From a virus: a stretch of 64,000 nt of DNA. The translations under genes were made by a program, and so were the position numbers. Below the pieces are notes generated by a model, which had not been told where the DNA came from, did not search any database, and saw only the letters and a program-made list of their open reading frames with translations. Location of the stretch: the IMG/VR virus record IMGVR_UViG_3300025151_003852, positions 1-64,000 of that record; one strand, written 5' to 3'. This document shows, piece after piece, positions 17,006 through 26,854 of the stretch (its first letter is position 1; each line of letters begins with the position of its first letter).

Positions 17006-18930
17006 AATTTCGTTAACCATGCTTTGCCGAAGTTTCTACGTCTTGCAAAAAAGATTTGTTCACAAAATCTTTCTAATGATTGTTCTTTATCTTCTGGGAA
17101 GTCAAACTCATACTCTGCTGGAGTTTCTAACTCACATTGATCTTGTAAGTATCCAGATATATCATGTTCAAATTGAATGTTTAATGGATACTCTGCTTTA
17201 TCTTCAAAGTTAATTAAGAATTTACGTTGAAACAACATCAAGTCTTGGAACAATTCATGTGATAATAAATCACCATATCTTTCTTTAACAAATCTTTCGA
17301 TCATATCGAATACTTGTTTGTGTTTGCCTTGTCCCTGAAGATTGATAACTGTGCTATGAATTAAGTTCCAACCATGTATCTCCATACCTTGTATCGGTTC
17401 GTGGTCTATCTTACCATTCTCTGTCCAATTAAAGTAATGTTCTTTGATTCGTTCCATTTCTGAATTTAACCAAGGATCATCTTTAATAAATTCTAACAAG
17501 TTATCATAGAAATCTTCATATTGTATGCCATGTTTCTTTTCTAATACTCTGCTGATATAGTTAGTCATGCCATTAATGTGAAACGTATTCATAAACCAAC
17601 TAAACAACTGTGCTTCGATCATTTGATCTCTTGGCAAGTCTCTTGTTGAAGTAATAACTTCAATACCCTCTTTTACTTCATGTTCATTGTAAGTACCAAC
17701 TAAGTAATCATAAACAACTCTGCCTTCCATCTTAAACATTTTCTTTTGTGTCAAATTCATTTCTGCGTTTTCAAGCAACTGTGCTTGATAGACAGTAATA
17801 CCTGTATGATTTCCTGATCTATACAGTTCATAGAAGTTGTTTTTCCATGACCTCAGAGTCTCTCCGGGAAGGCCTAAGATAAGTTCTGTGTAAAGAGGTA
17901 TATTATGTTCTTCACACAAGTCAAATACTTGTTCTATTTTATTAATTTCTAAGTTCTTACGTTTGATGATGTCTAGTACACCTTCATCCATTGATTGCAC
18001 TGATAAGTTCAGACCCATTTTAGATCCTCCCTCATATATCAATTTTTTAACAATGTCAACTACTTCTTGCTTTTGATTCTTTGCCCATGCAATTGTATAT
18101 GCTTTGGGGTTGTCATATTCTTTTTGTACTGCAATAAGTTTTTCTGCGATTTGCATATCACGTTCAGGGAACATACCAAAGTTTGCATCTGCTAATGAGA
18201 TAAAGTCACAACCGTTTTTGCCGACCCACTCTAGTTCGTCATACACTCTATTGAGACAGAACTTTTTAACTTTGTTATATGTTAAACTACCCCAGTCACA
18301 AAATGTACATTGATATGGGCAACCTCTGTTTGTTTCAAGTGTGACATTCCATCTTACTTCTGGATGCTTTGCCATCAAATCTTTAAACACATCTGTTAAA
18401 TATGGACTTGGTATTTCATCTAACTCATTAATACGTTCTGGTTCTCCTGTTCTAACAGTTTTACCATCTACATTAATAAGTAAGCCCGGTATATGTGTAA
18501 AGTCTGGTTTATCGTTTTTTAATTCTTCTAAGATTGCTTTTGCTGAACGTTCTCCCTCTTGTACTACGACAACATCTATGTAGGGGAACTTTTCAAAGAA
18601 GTCTGGATCAGTTACTGGGGGTTCAGGACCACCTGCAAAAATAAAGATGTCTGGATTTGATAGTTTAAGTTCTCTTCCTAGTACATGATTATATGCACGA
18701 TTCCAAATGTATGTTGAAAAGCCTACGATATCACTATCTGCTAAAGTGTCAATTGCTTCTTCAATAGGATCTCTACGCCATATAAACTCACCTAGTTTAT
18801 AGTGCTGATTAATAGAGTCAAATTGATTCACGTAACTCCAAACAATACCCGGTGAGTACGGCAAATAATACGCATTATACTCTTTGGGCCCTTGTTGAAA
18901 GTTAGGGTTGACAAATGAAACTTTTTTCAT
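17002..18930 (-). CDS. Cobalamin-binding radical SAM protein (class B methyltransferase-like)
   Basis: YLPYSPG, VGFSTYIWN, AGGPE, EGE, ETNRGCPYQCTFCDWG, ADANFG, SVQS, ELILGLPGET. Confidence 0.9.
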   Translation of the reverse strand: MKKVSFVNPNFQQGPKEYNAYYLPYSPGIVWSYVNQFDSINQHYKLGEFIWRRDPIEEAIDTLADSDIVGFSTYIWNRAYNHVLGRELKLSNPDIFIFAGGPEPPVTDPDFFEKFPYIDVVVVQEGERSAKAILEELKNDKPDFTHIPGLLINVDGKTVRTGEPERINELDEIPSPYLTDVFKDLMAKHPEVRWNVTLETNRGCPYQCTFCDWGSLTYNKVKKFCLNRVYDELEWVGKNGCDFISLADANFGMFPERDMQIAEKLIAVQKEYDNPKAYTIAWAKNQKQEVVDIVKKLIYEGGSKMGLNLSVQSMDEGVLDIIKRKNLEINKIEQVFDLCEEHNIPLYTELILGLPGETLRSWKNNFYELYRSGNHTGITVYQAQLLENAEMNLTQKKMFKMEGRVVYDYLVGTYNEHEVKEGIEVITSTRDLPRDQMIEAQLFSWFMNTFHINGMTNYISRVLEKKHGIQYEDFYDNLLEFIKDDPWLNSEMERIKEHYFNWTENGKIDHEPIQGMEIHGWNLIHSTVINLQGQGKHKQVFDMIERFVKERYGDLLSHELFQDLMLFQRKFLINFEDKAEYPLNIQFEHDISGYLQDQCELETPAEYEFDFPEDKEQSLERFCEQIFFARRRNFGKAWLTKL

Positions 18931-19895
18931 GGCAGTAGAGTTGAATTACCTGTATAATTTTTCTTTTTAATAAATTTTGCTAACTCGTCAGCAATAACTC
19001 TATAACCTTTAATAGTAGGATGTGCTCCGTCATCATTAGTAAGATACTCTGAATGTGTACTTAAGTTTCTTGGATTGTATATTTCGTTATATCCTCCCCA
19101 ATGTACACTTGCTGGCTTAGGTATCAAACCATCTAAGTCTACTAACTTTTCCATAAACGCACCGTACTCGACATCCTTATCATTATGTATATAACACGAC
19201 CAATCAAACTGTGATGCTAGAGGGCCTGAATATTCTACTAACCAATTGAGTACTCCTTCAAATGCATTGTGCTGTTCATTTGAGTTCATGCGTTGATTGA
19301 ATGAGTTGGCTAAAACAATTTGAAAGTTGTGTGCTTTAGCCCATGATTGTAAATTTAATAATGCTATCATTGTCGTACATGCTACAAACTGTTCGCTCCA
19401 TAATTCACGTGCATAACAATTCCAAAACCCACTATCTCCAGATGTAGTTTCTATTGGCCAAGCAGTACGCCATTTTTCATGTCTAAAGTGACCTTTGTTG
19501 TATCCATCTGGTTCTTGGAATCCAAAGTGATCCATTGGTCTTGTTTGAAAGACATCAAATCTTTCAAACCCAGTCAACATAAGAATTACAAGACCTTCAG
19601 CCTCAGTAAAATCATAATTATTAGCAAAGTGTAGTTGATTGACGGCACCCTGATTACCAATACCTTTGATTCCCAAGTTTATAGATTTGTACTCAGGAAA
19701 ATGATATTTTGTCAGTTGATTAACCCAACTGTTTTCTAACTCATGCTCACGTAAATAATAGTCTGTATCAGGCTGTCCTTTTTGACCAGGTCTAATCTGT
19801 GTTCGACCGTTGTGTGCGTCAACTACATCTTGAGGATAACCACCTTCGCCTTGGGTCCATGAACACCCAAGTCCTATTAAATACTTTTGAGTCAT
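18927..19895 (-). CDS. SGNH/GDSL-like protein
   Basis: LGCSWTQGEG, NSWV, INLGIKGIGN, DGAHPTIKGYRVIA. Confidence 0.65.
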   Translation of the reverse strand: MTQKYLIGLGCSWTQGEGGYPQDVVDAHNGRTQIRPGQKGQPDTDYYLREHELENSWVNQLTKYHFPEYKSINLGIKGIGNQGAVNQLHFANNYDFTEAEGLVILMLTGFERFDVFQTRPMDHFGFQEPDGYNKGHFRHEKWRTAWPIETTSGDSGFWNCYARELWSEQFVACTTMIALLNLQSWAKAHNFQIVLANSFNQRMNSNEQHNAFEGVLNWLVEYSGPLASQFDWSCYIHNDKDVEYGAFMEKLVDLDGLIPKPASVHWGGYNEIYNPRNLSTHSEYLTNDDGAHPTIKGYRVIADELAKFIKKKNYTGNSTLLP

Positions 19896-20081
19896 TTACT
19901 TTGCTTTCTTTTTAGTAGTCTTTTTCTTTTTAAAAGCGCCTTTAGCAGTCTTGTAGACTTTAGTGTATGCTTCATCTACGTCAGGTGTGCTAGGATCATC
20001 TGCTACATAACGTCCTCTAGCATCTCTATTTCTGACTGTAATCATGCCAAAAAACTTACTAATTTTATTCCACCAACTCAT
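19896..20081 (-). CDS. Small protein with RDARGRYVADDPSTPD motif and Lys-rich tail
   Basis: Start at ATG 20081 follows GGAG. Own TAAATA motif upstream. Confidence 0.72.
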   Translation of the reverse strand: MSWWNKISKFFGMITVRNRDARGRYVADDPSTPDVDEAYTKVYKTAKGAFKKKKTTKKKAK

Positions 20082-20109
20082 AATAATCTCCATATATGTG
20101 TTCTATCTC

Positions 20110-20116
20110 TATTTAT
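20110..20116 (-). promoter_or_regulatory. Late-promoter-like ATAAATA
   Basis: Intergenic, 7/8 match to T4 late consensus TATAAATA. Confidence 0.6.
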
Positions 20117-20137
20117 TCTACGCCGGATGTACGTAAA

Positions 20138-21490
20138 CTATTTCCAATGTCCTCTTATCCAATTTCTTCTAGCAGTAAGAGAAGACCATGTTACATTATC
20201 ACTTCCCCATATTTCTTCTAAACTTTCATCTACAGAAAAGAAATTTTGGTAACGATCCCATAGATCCTTGCCTACATAAAATGAGGTATTTCTATAAGGC
20301 ACAACTACTTCATTAAAAAATTCTAATGCCCAATGAAGTTCACTGCCTGTATTATCCATGTGATCAGGAGTTAAAACATCATCTAACTTTGATAATTTAT
20401 ATTGAAGAGGATCAGGTGAGTTTATGCCGATGTGATGCATTATAGATTCTATTGTTGTACCGCTACGCACAGTAGCCATATATCTAAACAGATTACGTTG
20501 TGTTTTTGCTTTTACACTTTCCCACAATTGTTTATAATCTTCAGGTGATTTATATATCTCTGATAAACGTTTTATGTTATTTACGATAGCATCGATACGT
20601 TTTTCATAATCGGGCCAATCATCAAAACCATAATCAAATAGTTCATCATAAAGTTCTATACCTTTTTCTTCTTCTAACCATCGATGATAACCAGGTGCGC
20701 CTACAACTAAAAATGGTTTATGTGCAAACAAGGGTTTACATGTTTTTTCTGACAAATAAAATTCACCTTCCTCTATTATACTTTCTGTTACAATATCGAT
20801 AACACCTCTATGATAACTATGGGGTAATGAATTTGGTCGAAAATTCCATCCAGAATTTAATTGAAAATCATGTTCTGCTGGATGCGGATCATGTAAAGGC
20901 ATAAGATAAGGAACATTTCCAATTTCTTCCCAATATTCAGGTTGCCAATCTTCTTGTTTTGGATATTCGACTGTAAATTTACGGTATGTAATTATACCTA
21001 AATCTTGTAGATTTTCACCGAATAATTTATTAACGGTATAACTTCTATAATAATCCGGTCTGTTGTTATAACATGTAAATAAAAGATCAGGCCAGTAGTC
21101 ATCACCAATCGGTGTTAAAGTTTTATCTTCTTGTAAGGGACAAAAATAAGCAAGAACAGTGTGATAATTAATTATGTCATAAGTTGAACATACTATTGGT
21201 ACTACATGATCAGGATAATCATATTGGTATTGTTTACATGATGTAAATGCATAGATTTTTCTTCCTGTTTTAGTACACCATTCTTCTAATTCAGATATTG
21301 CAATACCATATATACATTTAATATCTGCTTCACTGCCACTGGCTATAATAAATCCTGCAGGATCATGTTGTTCAATTATATCATTAAGATAATCTTTAAC
21401 TTGTTGGTGTCTTTGCCAAGTGGTATATGGATGACCTTGAACGTCAATTTCTGAAGTTTTGTTATTGTTTAGTATACACCACTTAGACAT
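20138..21490 (-). CDS. Putative glycosyltransferase-like protein (GT10-like EK motif family)
   Basis: YNNRPDYYR, DIVTES..LSEKTCKP..HKPFLVVG..YDELFDY.FD. Paralogous to 22456 and the C-terminus of 8829. Confidence 0.55.
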   Translation of the reverse strand: MSKWCILNNNKTSEIDVQGHPYTTWQRHQQVKDYLNDIIEQHDPAGFIIASGSEADIKCIYGIAISELEEWCTKTGRKIYAFTSCKQYQYDYPDHVVPIVCSTYDIINYHTVLAYFCPLQEDKTLTPIGDDYWPDLLFTCYNNRPDYYRSYTVNKLFGENLQDLGIITYRKFTVEYPKQEDWQPEYWEEIGNVPYLMPLHDPHPAEHDFQLNSGWNFRPNSLPHSYHRGVIDIVTESIIEEGEFYLSEKTCKPLFAHKPFLVVGAPGYHRWLEEEKGIELYDELFDYGFDDWPDYEKRIDAIVNNIKRLSEIYKSPEDYKQLWESVKAKTQRNLFRYMATVRSGTTIESIMHHIGINSPDPLQYKLSKLDDVLTPDHMDNTGSELHWALEFFNEVVVPYRNTSFYVGKDLWDRYQNFFSVDESLEEIWGSDNVTWSSLTARRNWIRGHWK

Positions 21491-22463
21491 CTTCCACACC
21501 GGATTCGATCTGTCCGCAAATCCAGTTATAAGTTTTTTCTATACCTGTTTCTAAATCTTCATCTGGGGCCCAATCGATTTTTTCTTTAATTAAAGTATTA
21601 TCAGATGTACGACCCATAACACCTCGAGGTCCATCGATATTTTTAATTGTAACTCTTTTGTTTGATATCTCTGCGATAAGGTGTACTAATTCATTAATAG
21701 ATATTTTACGTGTGCTACCCAAGTTTACAGGCTCTTTAAGGTCACTTTCCATAATGCGTTGTATACCTTCGACACATTCGTCAATGAATAAGAATGAACG
21801 TGTTTGATTTCCCGGACCCCATACTTCAATAACACCATCGTTTTCAGCCATAGCAACTTTTCGACATAAGGCAGCCGGTGCTTTTTCTTTCCCGTTGTTC
21901 CAAGAACCTTGGGGACCAAAGATGTTGTGAAATCTTGCAATCTTCACATTCATATTATAACATCTTCCGTATGCTAAGTAAAGCCTTTCTGAAAATAATT
22001 TTTCCCAACCGTAATCTGAGTCAGGGTTTGCAGGATATGCTGTGTGTTCTGCTAAGTCTGGATTGTCAGGGTCTAATTGATTGTGTTCTGGATACATACA
22101 TGCACTTGAACTATAAAAGATTTTTTCTACTCCTTTTCTACGAGCAGATTCTAACACATTAAGATTAATCGTAGCAGAGTTGTGCATGATATCTGCATCA
22201 TTTTCTCCTACAAATATATAGCCTGCGCCTCCCATATCTGCGGCTAATTGATATACTTCATCAAAATCATGTGATTCAAAAAGTAAATCGACAAAAGGTG
22301 CATCACGCAAATCTTGTTTATAAAATTCATTGCATCTAGTATCTTCATATAAAGGATACTTAAGATCAACACCTATGACTGTATGACCTTGTGCTTTTAA
22401 ATCGTTGACTAAATGTGTGCCGATGAATCCACCTGCTCCACATACTAATATTGTTTTATTCAA
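21483..22463 (-). CDS. NAD-dependent epimerase, GDP-mannose 3,5-epimerase-like
   Basis: GAGGFIG, LAADMGGAG, YSSSACMYPE, YGWEK, RFHNIFGP, GKEKAPAALCRK. The Cys and Lys used by GME are both present. Confidence 0.88.
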   Translation of the reverse strand: MNKTILVCGAGGFIGTHLVNDLKAQGHTVIGVDLKYPLYEDTRCNEFYKQDLRDAPFVDLLFESHDFDEVYQLAADMGGAGYIFVGENDADIMHNSATINLNVLESARRKGVEKIFYSSSACMYPEHNQLDPDNPDLAEHTAYPANPDSDYGWEKLFSERLYLAYGRCYNMNVKIARFHNIFGPQGSWNNGKEKAPAALCRKVAMAENDGVIEVWGPGNQTRSFLFIDECVEGIQRIMESDLKEPVNLGSTRKISINELVHLIAEISNKRVTIKNIDGPRGVMGRTSDNTLIKEKIDWAPDEDLETGIEKTYNWICGQIESGVEDV

Positions 22464-23934
22464 AATGACATCTCCTGTCTGTAGTACACCAATGGGTGTA
22501 GTCTTGGTTAAAGTTATTTGTTATGTGTTCATATATGTTATTTACTACTGTTAAAGATCCTGGATCCTTAAACATTTGATAATTATGTTCTATAATAGGT
22601 TTGACTCTACGTTTAAAATCTAAAATTTGATCTGGAGTCCAAGATGCAATTTCTTGTAATACTTTTTCTATAGCAATAAAACGTTTACTTGGTTCTTCAA
22701 TTGTGTCGTATTCTTCACTCCAAAAATTTCCAAATGTTTTAAAGCCTAAATCTCTTAGCCCTTGTAGAGAACCTGCTACCCCTACGATAATAAACGGATG
22801 CTTATTGTACATAGGCTTGAATGATTTTTCTGTCAAAGTACATTCTTCTACATTAAAGTTTGTTTCTGTAATTAAAGACACTAATGTTTGTTTATAATAA
22901 GGTTGTGTGTATCCATAATCTTCACACATTCTATTAATATCTTTTTCTCCGTCTATGTCTAATGGACAACGTTCAGCAAATCTTTGTGCTACTTCTTCTG
23001 GTATGTCGAGTTCTAAGCAATCATATAATCGTATGTGATCACCACTACGTTGATTGTTTATCTCCTCAACCACATTGTGATGTTGCATTTCACCATCTAC
23101 TTTAGCAAAACTCATAAGTGATCGTTCAATTAAGTTGTTCTTCTCTAATATTAATGCTAAACTAGTTCTGTGTTTTCTAAATCGTCTGTTCCAAGTTAAA
23201 AACAATTTATCAGGAACATATGAATCGTCATAAGGTACTTCTCTATACTGTGATATATCTTCTCCGTGATGCGTTGGATTATCTCTTTGCATTTCAGTAT
23301 AAAAATTATAAAAAATTTCACGTGATGACGCATACGGAATCACATGCATTCTATGCTCTCTGTCATCTTCTATGCGATGTCTTTTACAAAACTTTTCATA
23401 AACTATACTTGCATTTACAGTACCTGTCAAGTATATAATTTTATACATGGGTAGTTGATGTCCACTATGAAAGTACGAAAACATTGCATGTAGTTCTGTA
23501 TCTGACATAAATGCTTCTACACTATGATCGATTAATATATAACCGTTTTTTGTAGAAACCATATGTATCAACCATTGAGGCATATGTGAGAATTCTAATA
23601 CACCTGAATCTTTAATAAAATATGATGAAAAAGGTATTCTCCATGTCATAGAAAAAGGGTAAATGAACGGAGTCATTGCATCTGCTTCGATACCTTGCAC
23701 TGGCGTCAACTCAAACTTATCTTTTGCTTTAGAAAACTGTTTATTCCAAACATCATCAGACCAAAAGTGGCGTGATTCCATGTTTGGATTTGTGCCTTCT
23801 GCTTCAGCAGACATAGTTAGAATGTTTGGTAGTTCAGTATTCCATACGGGACCTTTGGGGCCGAACCAACTATAGACAATTTTTACTTTGTCATCTTGGC
23901 TATGCGATATGACTGATCGGAATTTTTCGTTCAC
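22456..23934 (-). CDS. Putative glycosyltransferase-like protein (GT10-like EK motif family)
   Basis: FLTWNRRFRKHR, SLITET..LTEKSFKP..HPFIIVG..LRDLGFKTF..FWSEEYD. GTG start at 23934 follows GGGGAG. Confidence 0.55.
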   Translation of the reverse strand: MNEKFRSVISHSQDDKVKIVYSWFGPKGPVWNTELPNILTMSAEAEGTNPNMESRHFWSDDVWNKQFSKAKDKFELTPVQGIEADAMTPFIYPFSMTWRIPFSSYFIKDSGVLEFSHMPQWLIHMVSTKNGYILIDHSVEAFMSDTELHAMFSYFHSGHQLPMYKIIYLTGTVNASIVYEKFCKRHRIEDDREHRMHVIPYASSREIFYNFYTEMQRDNPTHHGEDISQYREVPYDDSYVPDKLFLTWNRRFRKHRTSLALILEKNNLIERSLMSFAKVDGEMQHHNVVEEINNQRSGDHIRLYDCLELDIPEEVAQRFAERCPLDIDGEKDINRMCEDYGYTQPYYKQTLVSLITETNFNVEECTLTEKSFKPMYNKHPFIIVGVAGSLQGLRDLGFKTFGNFWSEEYDTIEEPSKRFIAIEKVLQEIASWTPDQILDFKRRVKPIIEHNYQMFKDPGSLTVVNNIYEHITNNFNQDYTHWCTTDRRCHFE

Positions 23935-24913
23935 TTTTAACGGTCTCCCCTGTCCATTGTTTAGGTATAATAATATCTGTACCACACATACACATTTCTT
24001 TGTAGCATGTAATTTCTTTAGGACCTATATTTTTAATGTCTTCTAATATATGTCCTACATCTCCGCCCATACCACAACTTGCTAAACTCATTGTACCTAC
24101 AGGATTAATAAAAATACAATCGCCTACATTGCATTTCCAACCACTAAAGAAGTTCTGACTATTTACTATGATATCATTTGCGTTACATACTTGCTCTGTG
24201 CCATCATCATAACGATTGTATGATACAGTCATCTCTGTTCTTTTGTTTGGCTTAGGAACACTTTGATGTGTTTCTATGTTATGTTCTTCAATAAACTTTA
24301 CTTTATCTGGATCACTATACTTCCATGGACCAGTTACATGTGACAGTTCATCATAGAGAGGTGTCCATTCTAAAAAGTAATTAGGCATTACTTCTTTTAA
24401 TTCGTTACCGAACTCAACACACTCCCAAAATCTTTCTTCGTGTAATAATATTTTTGTACTTAAGTAGTTAACGTTCTCACATAACCATAGTGAGTTTTCT
24501 TTGTATCTGTCTTTGTTTACTTGTTCTATGTGTAGACTAGCAACAATGTCATCAAATAGATATGCATGTTTCTGCCACCATTTCAAAGGTCTTGACAAAT
24601 TTGTATTAACTGCTAAAGTAGCATATGGTAGATTTTCATATAACCATTCACAGATAGGAATAAAGTTACGCCATGCTGTTGGCTCTCCACCAGAGAAAAA
24701 GAATTTAAAGTTTTTGTACCCTGCTTTCTTATAACGTTTAACTATTTCATCTAGGTTGTTGATGTAAACGTCTAAGTTTCCGTTGTTAGGATTATCGCCC
24801 GCCCAGTTACCTGGATTACAATAACTACAACTGAAGTTGCAAAAGTTATTGACCTGCCATGTTATTGCTAAGTATGGCTCAGGTGCAAATACTTCTCTTA
24901 ACTCTCTGCCCAC
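23900..24913 (-). CDS. Radical SAM protein with C-terminal Cys-rich (SPASM/twitch-like) region
   Basis: CNFSCSYC, SGGEPT, NTN, C-terminal WKC..C..SC..C...CMC. Confidence 0.88.
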   Translation of the reverse strand: MGRELREVFAPEPYLAITWQVNNFCNFSCSYCNPGNWAGDNPNNGNLDVYINNLDEIVKRYKKAGYKNFKFFFSGGEPTAWRNFIPICEWLYENLPYATLAVNTNLSRPLKWWQKHAYLFDDIVASLHIEQVNKDRYKENSLWLCENVNYLSTKILLHEERFWECVEFGNELKEVMPNYFLEWTPLYDELSHVTGPWKYSDPDKVKFIEEHNIETHQSVPKPNKRTEMTVSYNRYDDGTEQVCNANDIIVNSQNFFSGWKCNVGDCIFINPVGTMSLASCGMGGDVGHILEDIKNIGPKEITCYKEMCMCGTDIIIPKQWTGETVKSERKIPISHIA

Positions 24914-26178
24914 TCGTATACTTCCTTGATTTCTGGTACGATGTCTTCAAACTTTTCATCTCTATATTCATCTAGTTCGTCATTGAACTTTTTGAACTCT
25001 AGTATTCCACCTTTGTTTTCATCACCTACTGTTAAGTTATAGATGATCATTTTAAAGCCATTGTAAATGTCTACATTGTCTTTATGTTTCTCCTGATATA
25101 CACGATACAGTTCTGCTAGTCTGCGTTTAACACTTTGTGGTAAGATCATTACGTTAGCATACCACGGGTTAGTCGCAAGATTGAATCTTGGCGAAGAGTA
25201 TTCAACATCAATAAAGCCATTGTCAACCATGTAATCCCAGAAGTCAGGAAAATCAAAGATGTTCCAAATGGATATCGTGGGAGTTATTTGAAATTGAGCA
25301 TGTGGAACCTGCTCTTTGACCTCTCTGATATTCCTGACAATTTTTTCCCAATCGGTACCTGAACGAATACACTCTGCGACTTCGCCATGTGCATCTAAAC
25401 TCGCCCAAATCTTCAATTGCGGAAACTTTTTCCAATACGCAATCAAGTCAACATTTTTCTTATAATTAAGTGTTGAAAAGTTTGTCGTATAGGTTAATTC
25501 TACTTGATCTGTTAGATCGTTTTCGATCCAATAATCTAAACACTCATAATGCTCTGGAGTAATAACAATCTCTCCACCAGCAAAATAAACTTCGGTAACG
25601 TCATCTAAGTAAGGCTTAAGTTTTGACATCAATGTCATTTCATCATTGTTACTGATAACAATTTTACCTTTATTCTTAGGGAAGTACTCATCGAATACTT
25701 CTTGTCCACGTTCATTTAAAAACTCTTGTGACCATAGTGATGAACATGAAGGACCGCATGATCTACATTTCATATTACATATATTACTAAAACGAATATC
25801 CATATACTTCATCTGAAACTCTTTCAGTGATCCGTCATCGTTAGTAACATCTGCTATGTAATCAACATAATCAAGTCCTTTACGTTTGTTGTGCGACTGT
25901 CTCATAGTCCACTCGCCCATTAACTCTAAGTCATAACAACGTTTACATTCTGCTACAGGTTCGTCACGCATCATTTTAGAACGCAAATCATTATACTTGT
26001 CAGAATTCATCATCTGTATAATTGATTCATCGTCTCTGAGTTCTGCTGTAGGCAACTCACTGTCTGCGACACAGCAAGGCATCACACGTTTGTCTGGCCA
26101 TGCATGAAAATGTACCCAAGGTAAAACACAAAAATGCTTACCGTTTTCGACTAGATTCTTTACTACGATCTTTTCCAT
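24898..26178 (-). CDS. Radical SAM protein with N-terminal twitch/SPASM-like Cys cluster
   Basis: FCVLPW.H..PCC..CKRC, DIRFSNICNMKCRSC, FAGGE, YTTN, SLD..IRSGT.W. Confidence 0.9.
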   Translation of the reverse strand: MEKIVVKNLVENGKHFCVLPWVHFHAWPDKRVMPCCVADSELPTAELRDDESIIQMMNSDKYNDLRSKMMRDEPVAECKRCYDLELMGEWTMRQSHNKRKGLDYVDYIADVTNDDGSLKEFQMKYMDIRFSNICNMKCRSCGPSCSSLWSQEFLNERGQEVFDEYFPKNKGKIVISNNDEMTLMSKLKPYLDDVTEVYFAGGEIVITPEHYECLDYWIENDLTDQVELTYTTNFSTLNYKKNVDLIAYWKKFPQLKIWASLDAHGEVAECIRSGTDWEKIVRNIREVKEQVPHAQFQITPTISIWNIFDFPDFWDYMVDNGFIDVEYSSPRFNLATNPWYANVMILPQSVKRRLAELYRVYQEKHKDNVDIYNGFKMIIYNLTVGDENKGGILEFKKFNDELDEYRDEKFEDIVPEIKEVYEWAES

Positions 26179-26179
26179 A

Positions 26180-26854
26180 TTAAAACTTTACTCCCAAAGT
26201 TATATTAAAAATACTTCTTTCTATTGGATCTTTTGTATAAACATTTTTAAGACCCACTGTTACTTTATCTGTTATACTAAAATCAAACGATGTTTCATTT
26301 CTTATAAAATCATCTTGCCCTGACTCCCAAAGCAACTTGTTTACAAATGTAACTTTTTCGTTTAAGTTATATGCATACCAAAGTGATGAACGTACAATAG
26401 GCTCACTGATTTCATTTGAATTAAGATATGCAATTGAGTTTTCTATTGATGCTTTGTGCTTTTCTGTTCTGAGAATTTTATATCCATGACCCATGCCTAT
26501 TACGATTCTATCATTGTTATCTCTAAATTCATCATAGTCATAACTAGCAGACCCTATTACATAATGCTTTTCAGTTACAGTTCTAATTGCTTTACCACTA
26601 GTTCTAAACTTATTAATTGTTTGCTCATCGTCTTCTGATTTGTAGGCATAGTCTGCATCAAATACTCCTTGCCATATATCTGATTCCCATTTATGATCAA
26701 ACGATCCTGTGAATACAATTGACTCATCGATGTTAACAAACGTTCCACCGACTTTTGCTTTTGTTTCTGCTGATGCAGTAGGCGATAATATAATCATTGC
26801 GGCAACTGCAAGTAATATAGTCATATCTCCTATAAATTTTAATTTCTTTTTCAT
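26180..26854 (-). CDS. Outer-membrane beta-barrel protein, DUF481/YdiY-like
   Basis: Signal peptide (basic N-terminus, hydrophobic core, ASA|E), alternating beta-strand pattern, YDYDEF..R..G.G.GYK, C-terminal LGVKF. Confidence 0.75.
   Translation of the reverse strand: MKKKLKFIGDMTILLAVAAMIILSPTASAETKAKVGGTFVNIDESIVFTGSFDHKWESDIWQGVFDADYAYKSEDDEQTINKFRTSGKAIRTVTEKHYVIGSASYDYDEFRDNNDRIVIGMGHGYKILRTEKHKASIENSIAYLNSNEISEPIVRSSLWYAYNLNEKVTFVNKLLWESGQDDFIRNETSFDFSITDKVTVGLKNVYTKDPIERSIFNITLGVKF

Noticed and set aside
21483-22463. Ascorbate biosynthesis auxiliary gene
   Set aside because: No other L-galactose pathway genes are present, and the glycosyltransferase-like neighbours point to glycan synthesis.
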